Source: Planctomycetota bacterium
Lineage (GTDB): Bacteria; Planctomycetota; GCA-002687715; CAIWVZ01
NCBI GenBank assembly: GCA_044222185.1
Contig: JBGANV010000008.1
Span: 192,001 to 256,000, forward strand
Direction of reading: 5' to 3'
DNA: 64,000 nucleotides
The stretch's first letter is position 1, and every line of letters begins with the position of its first letter. Under the pieces are notes generated by a model. That model was not told the origin of the DNA and made no database searches. It saw only the letters and a list, made by a program, of their open reading frames with translations. Both the position numbers and the translations under genes were made by a program. Shown here in pieces: positions 46,727 through 56,010 of the stretch.

Positions 46727-48382
46727 TCAGCGCTCGGAGCGCGTCGCGATGGCGACGGTCTCCGGCTGCTTCTGCGCGGCGTCGTAGAGCGCCACGAACG
46801 TGCGTGGTTCCGCGGCGTCGACCGAGCGTAGCGCCGCGACCCACGCCGGCGGGATGGACTGATACTCGAGCCACACGATGGCCTGCAGCCCCTTCGGCGT
46901 CCCCTCGGCGATTGGGACCCGGACGGTGACGGTGTCCGCCCCGCCGGTGAAATTCGAGTCGTCGCCGATCGCCACCGGCGCGATGTCGCCGATTCCGGTC
47001 GCGTCTGGGCGCCAGCCCTTCGGCAGGAGTCGCGTGTCCTTGGCCCGCTTCGCCATCTTCGAGAGGTATGTCGTCGGTTTTCCGGACGGATCGACCGCCA
47101 CCATCTCGTAGACGACCACGTCCTCGGGTTTCTCCACCGTGTCCTTGTGCGGGATCGACAGCTCGTCACCGACCTTCACGAGGGAGCCATCCTTGTCGAC
47201 GGCGCCGGACTCGAAGAGGACCTCCCTCCCGCTCCGCACCTGCACGTGGAGCCACGCACGGCGCGCCGGGTAGCCCGTGGGGAACTTGTGTCCCGTGAGG
47301 TTCGTCACCGTGATCGAGAACTCCGCTCGACCGTCCTTGCGCGTGATGTCCCCCACGTCGAGCCGCACCGTGTCGTTCTGCAACTGGCGTCGAGTCGCCG
47401 CCGCCGCGCGCTCCAGCGCCGACTCGGGCGCCGTCACGCCCAGTTGCGTGCGGTTCGCCCGGAGCAGGTCGAGCATGAACGCGTTGCCCCCCACGAACAG
47501 ATGAGGCGCGAAGTCGGGACGCGGCGCGATGACGAAGTCGCGACCCATGGGATTGCGCGCGATGCGCGTCGGTCCCTGCGACGGCATGTGGCACTGCTGG
47601 CACGTGCGCGAGTCCTTCCCCGCGTCGTGCTCGTTCTGGAACGCGCTGTTGCGCCATTCGAGATAAGGCGACTGCTCGGGAAACGCCGACCCCGTATGGC
47701 CTGTGAAGAGCGTATGGCAGCTCCCGCACAGTCCTGAGGACCGCACGTGCTCCGCATGCGTAGGGGCGTAGCCGGAGTGCATCCGCATGGGACCCGGCGC
47801 CGGATCGGGATACGGCCCGTAGATCTCGCGCCCCCGCTTCAAGCTGAACATCCCCCCGAACGTCGAGGAGTCGCCCAGTCCCTCGGGCTGGATCTGGTGG
47901 CACACCGTGCACGAGACGCCGTCAGCCGCGAGCGGATCGTCGGCGATCGCCGCCATCGTCAGAGCGGGCTGACCACCAAGCCTCGCCGTGTGGTGGGCCA
48001 TGGGAGCGTGGCACCGGATGCAGAGCGCCTGCGTCGCCGGCGCGTGCTCAGGATCGGCCGCCGACTCCTTGGCGACCTGCGCGCGCCAATAGGGATCGCG
48101 GAACGCGTTCGCCATGAGCGACGCCTGCCACAGCCCGTGCGGCGAGATGTCGTCACCGGTCGGCGAGCGCATGGCGGTCGCCGCGGGCGCCGCGGAATGG
48201 CACATCGAGCACCCATTTCCCGTGGCGAAGACCTCGTTGGCAGCCGTGGGGCGCACGGGGCCCCGCCACGGCGGGCCCGCGCCGAGCGGCTCGGGGCGAG
48301 TCTCCTGGGCCATCGCTCCGACGACGATCACGAACGAAACCACGACAAACGACGCGACACGGGGGGGCTTGGATCGACGCAT
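46727..48382 (-). CDS. Secreted pentaheme cytochrome c
   Basis: Five CxxCH motifs (CSMCH, CIRCH, CTVCH, CGSCH, CQQCH), NLTGHKFPTG motif and a signal peptide. Confidence 0.92.
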   Translation of the reverse strand: MRRSKPPRVASFVVVSFVIVVGAMAQETRPEPLGAGPPWRGPVRPTAANEVFATGNGCSMCHSAAPAATAMRSPTGDDISPHGLWQASLMANAFRDPYWRAQVAKESAADPEHAPATQALCIRCHAPMAHHTARLGGQPALTMAAIADDPLAADGVSCTVCHQIQPEGLGDSSTFGGMFSLKRGREIYGPYPDPAPGPMRMHSGYAPTHAEHVRSSGLCGSCHTLFTGHTGSAFPEQSPYLEWRNSAFQNEHDAGKDSRTCQQCHMPSQGPTRIARNPMGRDFVIAPRPDFAPHLFVGGNAFMLDLLRANRTQLGVTAPESALERAAAATRRQLQNDTVRLDVGDITRKDGRAEFSITVTNLTGHKFPTGYPARRAWLHVQVRSGREVLFESGAVDKDGSLVKVGDELSIPHKDTVEKPEDVVVYEMVAVDPSGKPTTYLSKMAKRAKDTRLLPKGWRPDATGIGDIAPVAIGDDSNFTGGADTVTVRVPIAEGTPKGLQAIVWLEYQSIPPAWVAALRSVDAAEPRTFVALYDAAQKQPETVAIATRSER

Positions 48383-48454
48383 GGGCGCAGACTACCGCGA
48401 AGGCCGAGGCTTGCCCCTACGCGCATGGACGGACGTCAGCAGGCGCCCCCTGCC

Positions 48455-48483
48455 TTGACCCCCGGCCGGTTCGGCCGCAAGCT
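48455..48483 (+). promoter_or_regulatory. Putative sigma70-type promoter of the redoxin gene
   Basis: TTGACC-N17-CAAGCT, ending about 75 nt upstream of ATG 48557. Confidence 0.4.
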
Positions 48484-48556
48484 TGCGCCCATCGCGTTGG
48501 GGGTAGCGTCGACTCGCGACGCGTTCGCCACGCACAGCCATCGAGGAACACCTGCC

Positions 48557-49567
48557 ATGTCACGCACGCTTCCGTCGCTCCTTCTCGCGGCCGCTCTCGC
48601 GACCGTGCTCGGAGCCCAGGTCAAGGTCGGGGACCGCGCACCGCGCGTCGCGCCGGAGAAGCTGGGCAACACCACGATCACGTCGCTGGGCCAGCTCCGC
48701 GGCAAAGCGATCCTCTACGAGTACTTCGCGTATTGGTGAGGCCCCTGCAAGGCGGCCACGCCGCACGTCAACCAGTTGGTTGACAAGTACGGTTCGCAGG
48801 GGTTCTTCGTCGTCGGCGTCACGGGTGAGGCCGAGGAGCCGACTCTCGGATACATCAGCGAGACGAAGACGAAGGCGATCATCGCCTACGAGTCGAAGGA
48901 ACTGCCCAGCATGAAGGCCTACGGGTTCTCGGGATTCCCTTCGGCTGCGCTCGTTGGGGCGGACGGCAAGGTCGTCTGGACCGGCCACCCGTCGGCGCTG
49001 AACGACAAGCTCATCGAGAAGGCGCTCGCGGGAGTCAAGCCTGGCCCCCTCTCGGACGGCCTCATGATGGACGTCGAGCTCCCGAAGAAGTACGCCGCCA
49101 TCGAGAAACAACTCAACGGCGGCAAGATCGGCGATGGCTACAAGGCACTCGCGGCCGCTCTCGCGGCGCCCGGCGTCAACGACTCGGACCGCAGCGCTCT
49201 GGAAGCCGCGAAGAAGCAGGTCGACGAACTCGGCACGGCGGAACTGAAGAAGGCCGAGCTCGCGAACATGGAGAAGCGGCTCTTCGACGCGCAGGTCGGG
49301 TGGAAGCGCATCAGCACCCAGATGCCCGGAACCGATGCGGGACGCATCGCGGACGGGCTTCTCGCCGAGCTGGCGAAGAACGCGGAAGCCAAGCGCGAAC
49401 TCGAAGTCGGGCAACGGATCGCAGACGCCCAGAAACTCGCCGCTGCCGGCAAGGCCGCCGCGGCCGCATCCGCGCTCTCGTCGATCCTCGAGGGACCGAT
49501 GAAGGACACGGTGGAGGCCGAACGCGCGAAGAAACTGCTCGCAGAGATCAAGGCGAAGAAGGGCTGA
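48557..49567 (+). CDS. Exported TlpA/ResA-like redoxin, probable selenoprotein (UxxC, Sec at codon 61), with a helical Lys/Ala-rich C-terminal domain
   Basis: GAGGA RBS, signal peptide, KVGDRAP..LRGKAILYEYFAYW-TGA(48737-48739)-GPCK..PHVNQL..KY..QGFFVVGV, then GFPSAALVGADGKVVW. Both halves are in the same frame, 336 aa in total. Confidence 0.9.
48740..48784 (+). promoter_or_regulatory. Candidate bacterial SECIS element
   Basis: Hairpins GCGGC-CAC-GCCGC (48752-48764) and GTCAACC-AGTT-GGTTGAC (48767-48784) directly 3' of the UGA. Confidence 0.6.
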
Positions 49568-49576
49568 TCGCTCCGG

Positions 49577-52500
49577 TCACGGCCAACCGAACGTGATCGA
49601 CGTCTCCGCGTTGGCCGTCAGGATCGCCTGCTTCGTCTCCGGCGCCGTGTCGGGCTTCTTCAGCGTGACCGAGTAGTTCCCGGGCGGGAGCGGAATCGAA
49701 TACTGCGGCTTGATGAGCGACGTGATCGCCCAGATGCGCTCGCCCGTCGGATCCACCACTTCGAGAGTCGAGGGGCCGCGCCCGCCGTGCGTAGCCGCCG
49801 CCGGCCCCGGGCTCAGGTTGATCAAGAGCACGCCCGCCGTCACCACGGGAATCGTCGCCTCGACGTCGCCGCCGGCAGCGGGAGTGGCCAGAGGCTTTCC
49901 GATCGGAGTCGCATACGGGATGCGCTCTCGCCCGTTCACGTCGAGCACGCAGACGCGATACCGCTTGCCAGCACCGAGACCAGCCATCACGAACGTGCCG
50001 TCCGACGACAGACGCACGTACTCGCCGACGCTGACTCCCACCTCGTAGAACGCCACCACGGCCGAGTGGAACGGGACTGCCGTATCGACGGTGACCGTCC
50101 CATGAAGCGTCACTCCGCGTCGAGCGAGGATCCGGCGCGTCACGACCTTCCCAGCGAGAACCTCGATCGACATCGGAGGCGGCGGCGTGTAGCCGGCAAT
50201 CTGGATCCGCACGGTGTAGGTGCCGGCCGTCAGGTCCGCGAGGTGATACACCCCGAGACTCCGAGACGTCGGCTCGACCCCGTCGCCATCGCCGGCCACC
50301 GCGACGAACGCATTCGACACGGGGCGACCCGAGTCGGCGTCGGTGATGACGAGTTGCAGCGCGCCGAGCGACGGCGCCGCGCGGGGTCGCGGCACGGTGA
50401 TCGTGACCTCGCCCCCGTCGGTCTGGACGCCGCGAACGTCGGCGGCGCCCCACCGGAACCCGTCCACGGGTCGGGCACCGACGTAGTACGGCCCTGGCGG
50501 CAGTCCGCCGATTCGAAACCGCCCGTCCGGCGCCGTGCCGATTCCCCAATATTGCGGCGGGGGATTCGAGTGATCTCCGCCGCGCTCCCAGACCGCGTCG
50601 AAGGCGGAGGCCTCGGGCAGGCGTCCGTCGACGACGAGCACGCGGGCGTCAGGTACGAGCGCCCCGTCCTCGTCCACCACGCGCCCGAAGACCGCGTGCG
50701 CGCGCGCAAGCTTGACGACGACTTCCGCCTGAGGTTCCTCGTCCGTCATGATCGGCTCGGACTCACCGAGCGCGAAGCCCGGAGCATCCGCATAGATCGT
50801 CGCGGGACTCGGCGTTCGGTCAGGCCAACCATACGCGTAGCCCAGCCGCGCGCACCCGTCCATCCCCGTGTGCGTGAGTGAGTCCGCAACCGCGCCAGCC
50901 AAGATGAAGCGGTTGAACGAGACGGTCGCCCCGGCGATCGGCCGACCCTGCTCGTCCACGACGCGCACGGGCACCGGCATGACCGGGAACAGCCGGATGT
51001 CGGGCGCCTGGGTCGTCGTGCCACGCCTCACCGCGACGGTGACCGTCGATTGGACGCCGGCCATCAGCCCACTGGAGAATCCGCCCACCGCCACGTCGAC
51101 GGAATCGGCGGAGCCCACCCGGACGCCGTCGAACACGTAGCGGCCGTCGCGATCGGACGTCACGCGGCCGTGGTTTTCGGCAAATGCTGGGGGAAGTTGC
51201 GAGTTGCGGTCGATCCCGTCGCTGCGTGAGACGCGCGCGAAGCGTGCCGGCGACCCGTCAGCCTCGAGCACGCGCCCCTCGATGCGCGCGCAGCGGAAGA
51301 GCTGTATGTCGAGCGTGGCCGTGGACTCGTTGCCCGCCAACTCCGGCAGCCGGAGCTCGGTCGAGTATCCCGGAGCCGACGCAGCGAGAGCGGGCGCTCC
51401 CGAACCAACCGGACCACGAGGCCTGATCGAGGAGAACGTGTCGTCGCACGAAATCCCCGAGAGCACGAACGTGCCGTCGTTCCCCGCATCCGTTTCGATG
51501 AGGCCACGGATGGGGAGCGCGTCTTGGATCCAGTTGTGGCGCGTGCCCGCATGACCGAACCGCACCGTCTCGGACCAGCACGCGACGTGCGCGGAAGGTA
51601 TCGGCTTGCCCGTCTCGCCGTCGACGACACGCCCGCGGACCGTGGCACCACGCCCCAGAGTGATCGGCAGCTGCACCTCTCGCGTGGGTGAGGGAAACGG
51701 GCTGCGCAGCGTCGTGGTCGCGAAGCCCTCCGCGCGCACCTCGACGCCGTCGAACGGAGGCTCCCACACCATCACGCGCAGGTCGTCGTCGATGATGTCG
51801 GTCACGACGTAGCTTCCGTCGGGGGCCGATCGGCCGTCGCGCTCGACGATCACCCCCGAAAGGACGCACTGCCAACGGACCAGGGCCCCGCCGATCGCAT
51901 GTCCTTCGGCATCGCGCACCGTCCCCCGGATGGTGGCGGGCCTTCCGAGGGTGACGGTCACGTCATCGCCGAGGTGATGTGTTTCACCGACGACCGGGCC
52001 GAAGCCTTGTGCCTCCGCGAAGACGTAGAGCGACGGACTCGCCTGCCCGGGTTGGAGCCGGAAGCGGCCCTGGGCGTCCGTGACGCAGACGCGAACGCGG
52101 CCCTTGGGGTCGTCCACCGTACGCGCCGTCACCAGCGTCCTCGTGTCGCTCCCGTACATGACGACGCGTGCACCGGGCACGGGCTTGCCGTCGGGGTCGA
52201 CCACGCGCCCGGAGAGCGACGTCGGATCTGGATCGGGCACCAGTGGAACGGCTGCGATGCGTCCGCCAGCGGACGTCGGGTCGGCCGCGACCTCGCCCAC
52301 GCGCGAGTCCTCCTCGCCGGCGGGCCGCGCCCCGGGGGGCCCGGACGTTGTCTCGATCGTCGGGTTTCGCAGATGCCAGAGCGCGACCCCACCGAGGATG
52401 AGCAGGACCAGCCCCGTCAGCGCGGCCTTCGTCCCCGCGGCGCCCGCCGCGCCACCGGTCAGCGTGTGCCCCGCAGTCCCCCGAGGTCCCATGAGCGTCA

Positions 52501-53029
52501 CGAGGGGGCCGAGCGTCGCCTTCCACGCAGCGCCACGATCACGCTCGAGGCGCTCACGGAGTCTGTCCAACCCGCGAGCGAGGCGACTGCGAATGGTCGC
52601 GGGCGGCTCGCCCAGGTGTTCCCCGATCTGCATGGGAGTCAGTTCGCCGAAGAACCGCAGGAGGATCGTCGACCGATAGGGCTCCTCGAGCTCGAGGACG
52701 AGGCTCGTGAGCCGGCGATGCTGGTCCGCGCGCTCGGCGAGTTCCGCGGTCGACGGAACGATGTCAGCGCGCCGGGCAGCGTCCTCGCGGCGGTCCCGTC
52801 GGACTCGGGTGCGATGGGCCATGCGGGCCAGATTCCGGATCACCGCGGCGAACCAGGATCGGAACGCCAGTCCCTGAGGTGGAGCACCCCCGAGGGTCGC
52901 CAGCGCAGCCGTCTGGACGATGTCCTCAGCCAGTTGCTCGTCACCGACGAGGCTTCGCGCCAGGGCATAGGCCCACGATCCATTGGACAAGAGAGCTTGC
53001 AGGTCAGGTGTGCGAGGTGCGCCGCCCAT
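49577..53029 (-). CDS. ECF sigma factor fused to a TM helix and multiple carboxypeptidase-regulatory-like (transthyretin-fold) repeats
   Basis: AEDIVQ, WFAAVIRN, LEEPYRSTILLRF..., IRSRLARGLDRLR, a TM helix, then repeated GRVVD..G.P[IV].GA.V...TD..G.[FY]. Confidence 0.9.
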   Translation of the reverse strand: MGGAPRTPDLQALLSNGSWAYALARSLVGDEQLAEDIVQTAALATLGGAPPQGLAFRSWFAAVIRNLARMAHRTRVRRDRREDAARRADIVPSTAELAERADQHRRLTSLVLELEEPYRSTILLRFFGELTPMQIGEHLGEPPATIRSRLARGLDRLRERLERDRGAAWKATLGPLVTLMGPRGTAGHTLTGGAAGAAGTKAALTGLVLLILGGVALWHLRNPTIETTSGPPGARPAGEEDSRVGEVAADPTSAGGRIAAVPLVPDPDPTSLSGRVVDPDGKPVPGARVVMYGSDTRTLVTARTVDDPKGRVRVCVTDAQGRFRLQPGQASPSLYVFAEAQGFGPVVGETHHLGDDVTVTLGRPATIRGTVRDAEGHAIGGALVRWQCVLSGVIVERDGRSAPDGSYVVTDIIDDDLRVMVWEPPFDGVEVRAEGFATTTLRSPFPSPTREVQLPITLGRGATVRGRVVDGETGKPIPSAHVACWSETVRFGHAGTRHNWIQDALPIRGLIETDAGNDGTFVLSGISCDDTFSSIRPRGPVGSGAPALAASAPGYSTELRLPELAGNESTATLDIQLFRCARIEGRVLEADGSPARFARVSRSDGIDRNSQLPPAFAENHGRVTSDRDGRYVFDGVRVGSADSVDVAVGGFSSGLMAGVQSTVTVAVRRGTTTQAPDIRLFPVMPVPVRVVDEQGRPIAGATVSFNRFILAGAVADSLTHTGMDGCARLGYAYGWPDRTPSPATIYADAPGFALGESEPIMTDEEPQAEVVVKLARAHAVFGRVVDEDGALVPDARVLVVDGRLPEASAFDAVWERGGDHSNPPPQYWGIGTAPDGRFRIGGLPPGPYYVGARPVDGFRWGAADVRGVQTDGGEVTITVPRPRAAPSLGALQLVITDADSGRPVSNAFVAVAGDGDGVEPTSRSLGVYHLADLTAGTYTVRIQIAGYTPPPPMSIEVLAGKVVTRRILARRGVTLHGTVTVDTAVPFHSAVVAFYEVGVSVGEYVRLSSDGTFVMAGLGAGKRYRVCVLDVNGRERIPYATPIGKPLATPAAGGDVEATIPVVTAGVLLINLSPGPAAATHGGRGPSTLEVVDPTGERIWAITSLIKPQYSIPLPPGNYSVTLKKPDTAPETKQAILTANAETSITFGWP

Positions 53030-53172
53030 GGTTGGCCCTAGGGTTGCCGTCCGTGACCTGAACGTTGCAGGGTTTCCCCCGATGTCCGCCGTGACGCACC
53101 GGACCTCGGACGACGCCCCTGAGCCGCGATCCTCCGCGTGGGGAGGGCGGGCTCGCGTCGTAGGCTGCGCGC

Positions 53173-55776
53173 ATGGTGATCAAACACTCCATCGGCTTGA
53201 CGGCAGCGAGTTTACTCATCCTCGTGGTCGCTTGTTCGGTGTCGGCGTCGCATGAACCGGCGGCCCCGGCGGACGACGCGTCAGAGACGTCGTTCGCGGC
53301 ACCCGACGGCCCGCTGGGCTCACAGGCGCACCTCGATCGCGTGATGACGAGTGCCTGGTGCGGCAAGTGCCACCCGACGTTCGAGGCGGAGAACGCCCAG
53401 AACACGCATGGCCGCGCCTTTTTCGACCCCGAGGCACGCGCGGCGACGCATGGCTTCCGTCGCGAGGATTGCCTCCGCTGTCACACGCCGCGTCCCGTGT
53501 TCGAGACGGGCATCGGCCTGACGCCCATGCAGCGCTGGACCGACCTCGAGGAGGGCAACAACTGCATGTCTTGCCACTGGAAACCGGACTACGACTACTC
53601 CCGGTTTGCCGGCGGCGCGCAATGCAAGACGGCATTCGATCCGCGCGTCGGCACCGTCCAGGCGTGCGCATCGTGCCACCGGATCGGCGGGACGCCCGAT
53701 CAATGGTCCCGCGCCGAGCATGGCCAGGTCGCAGGCAACCTGTGCATCGATTGTCACATGCCGCTCGTCGATCGCCCCGTCGCCGTCGGCGAGCCGGCGC
53801 GCCCCGTCCGTGCGCACGTCTTCCCCGCATCCCATTCCGATGCGCAGCTCCACCGAGCCGCCGGCTACTCGGCGACGATCGAGGGGAACGAGGTCGTGGT
53901 CCGCGTCACCAATCGAGGCGCGGGGCACAACTTTCCCACGGCATCGCGGCAGCGGGCCGTGGAGTCGGTCGTCACGGTCCGTGACCTGGACGGCAAGGTG
54001 ATCGGCACGTCACGCCTCGTCTCCCGCTACCCATACGCGCAGGAGCTGGAACCGGGGCAGATGACCATGCCCGTCTCCACGCAGATCCCGTCGGGGAAAT
54101 CCCGTGAACAACGCGTCCCCCTCACGGTCGCGCGAGGCACGATCGAATGCGAGTTGTTCTTCAAGCTCTATCGACCCGTCGACGATCACCATCCAACCCT
54201 CTCGCGCCGGCTGGAGACCATCAGACTCCCGTTTTCCATCGAGAACCCGTCGAACGAGCAGATCAAGGACGCGCCGAACACCGGGTTCCCGGCGCCGGCA
54301 GCCAGCCTCGAGGACTATTTCAGCCCCACGGGCTTCGCGAACGTCGCCCGTCCGGCGCCGGGCAGCCGACCGGTCGTGATCCCCGAGGGGCGCACGCCAG
54401 CCGACCTCGCGCGCCTCGTCTCGCTGCTCGAGTTCCACATGCCAGAGGCCCGCGCTCGGGCACGCGAGCAGCTCGAACGCCTGGGGCCGACGGCGTACCC
54501 CGCCCTCATCTCGGCCATGGGCGACTGGAGCAACGAGACCTACAACCAGGCCATGGAGCTGCTGGTCAAAGCCGGCGAGCCGGCCGTCCCGGCGCTGCGC
54601 GAGGCCTTGGCGAGCCCAGAGCTCTACATCCGCTGCCACGCCCGTTTCGTGCTCGCGCGAATCCTCCGAACGGGTGATCGTGCGGGGATCCGACCCAGGC
54701 TCGAGGCGGATCTGTCGGCACGCGAGCCTCTCGATCGGCGGTCTGCAGCCGAAGCCCTCACCATGCTCGGCGACCCGGCGTGCGCTCCCTCGCTGCGGCC
54801 GCTCCTGGGCGACCGCGATTGGGACGTGGTCAGCGCGGCTGCCACGGCCCTCGCGCGCTTCGACGATCGGGCATCGGTCGCGGCGATCCGCGCCGCGCTC
54901 GATCGCGCGAGCTACCCGGAATCGCGCCGCGACCTCGCCCGCGCGCTTTGCGAGCTGGGTGATCCCACGGGCGCACCGGTCCTCCTCGACGGACTCAGCG
55001 GCGCCGATGACCTCACGCGCTCGCTCTCGTTCGACGCGTTCTTCGCCGTGACGGGGATGCACGAATCGTTCGATCCGGGTCTCCCCGATCCCGTGCGGCT
55101 CGAATCGCTCGCGCACCTGCGCGGCACGTGGGAGGAGCTGGGCGGCGCGGCCATGCTCCGCCGACCGCACCGGCCCGACCCCATCGCCCACACCCATGCG
55201 GACGAACTCGTCGCACATCTGGGCGGTGGCTCCGACACCGAACCCGGCGGCGATGACGAGCGAATCATGAACGAACTCGTTCAGATGGGAGCCGACGCGG
55301 TGCCCGCACTCGTCGACGGTCTCGCGTATCCGACGGGTTGGGCGGAGAAGCGGGCCCGCATTTGCGAGGTGCTCGGACGGATCGGTTCCAAGGACGCCGC
55401 CCCCGGGTTGATCGCGGTGCTCCGAGATCCCGTGCTGCCGGTCGCCGACTGGGCGTGTTGGGCCCTGGAGCAATGTGGAGATCCCGCCGCCATGCCCGCG
55501 CTCTCACGGTTCCAGGCGCGGGTCGTCGGCCTGAAGTCCGACGAGGAACATGCCGCCGCCTCGGACCGCATGCTCGCGCGGCTCGCTCGGGCCCGGCTCG
55601 CGCTGGGTGATGCCTCCGCACGGTCCACTCTCGTGAATCTGCTGCTCTCGGACAGTGAACCCGCGCGCGAGATCGCCATCCGGGCGCTCTCGGATCGCGA
55701 GGGCGATTCGCGCGGTTACGACCCGGCGGCCAGCGCCTCCAATCGTCTGGAGGCGGTGCAGCGCTGGATGAAGTGA
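53173..55776 (+). CDS. Pentaheme cytochrome c fused to HEAT/PBS-lyase repeats, possibly a lipoprotein
   Basis: CGKCH, CLRCH, CMSCH, CASCH, CIDCH and NRGAGHNFPT. C-terminal A.PAL...L.D.....R..AA.AL repeats and a VVAC lipobox-like signal. Confidence 0.88.
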   Translation: MVIKHSIGLTAASLLILVVACSVSASHEPAAPADDASETSFAAPDGPLGSQAHLDRVMTSAWCGKCHPTFEAENAQNTHGRAFFDPEARAATHGFRREDCLRCHTPRPVFETGIGLTPMQRWTDLEEGNNCMSCHWKPDYDYSRFAGGAQCKTAFDPRVGTVQACASCHRIGGTPDQWSRAEHGQVAGNLCIDCHMPLVDRPVAVGEPARPVRAHVFPASHSDAQLHRAAGYSATIEGNEVVVRVTNRGAGHNFPTASRQRAVESVVTVRDLDGKVIGTSRLVSRYPYAQELEPGQMTMPVSTQIPSGKSREQRVPLTVARGTIECELFFKLYRPVDDHHPTLSRRLETIRLPFSIENPSNEQIKDAPNTGFPAPAASLEDYFSPTGFANVARPAPGSRPVVIPEGRTPADLARLVSLLEFHMPEARARAREQLERLGPTAYPALISAMGDWSNETYNQAMELLVKAGEPAVPALREALASPELYIRCHARFVLARILRTGDRAGIRPRLEADLSAREPLDRRSAAEALTMLGDPACAPSLRPLLGDRDWDVVSAAATALARFDDRASVAAIRAALDRASYPESRRDLARALCELGDPTGAPVLLDGLSGADDLTRSLSFDAFFAVTGMHESFDPGLPDPVRLESLAHLRGTWEELGGAAMLRRPHRPDPIAHTHADELVAHLGGGSDTEPGGDDERIMNELVQMGADAVPALVDGLAYPTGWAEKRARICEVLGRIGSKDAAPGLIAVLRDPVLPVADWACWALEQCGDPAAMPALSRFQARVVGLKSDEEHAAASDRMLARLARARLALGDASARSTLVNLLLSDSEPAREIAIRALSDREGDSRGYDPAASASNRLEAVQRWMK

Positions 55777-55937
55777 GGCGATCGGACCCCGAACCGATCG
55801 TCGGCATCACACGGTCGCCGGCTGGGGATTGCGACGATCAGGCGACCGTTCCGCACCTCGCGGCCCGCTGGTATCTTCGCGGCCACGGCGCTCGGGGCGC
55901 CTGCAATCCGCGCAAAGGGCCAAGCCCACCCGAAGTG

Positions 55938-56004
55938 CTCTCGTCTGGCGACTCGTTCCTCCTTTCGGCCGGTGATGCGGATGCCGGACCCAGTCCGAGA
56001 GGAG
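55938..56004 (+). promoter_or_regulatory. Candidate structured 5' leader sequestering the RBS of the ankyrin gene
   Basis: CTCCTTTCGG (55959-55968) can pair with CCGAGAGGAG (55995-56004, includes the RBS) and encloses a CCGG/CCGG inner stem. Confidence 0.45.
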
Positions 56005-56010
56005 TCCCTC

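Noticed and set aside
47747-48556. Long 5' extension of the ORF-track call 47747..48739
   Set aside because: It is antisense to the cytochrome gene; the real start is ATG 48557, with an RBS and signal peptide.
48737-48739. Genome-wide UGA reassignment (Trp or Gly) as the explanation for the in-frame TGA
   Set aside because: TGA is the normal stop of most genes here, and this one sits exactly on a catalytic Cys position.
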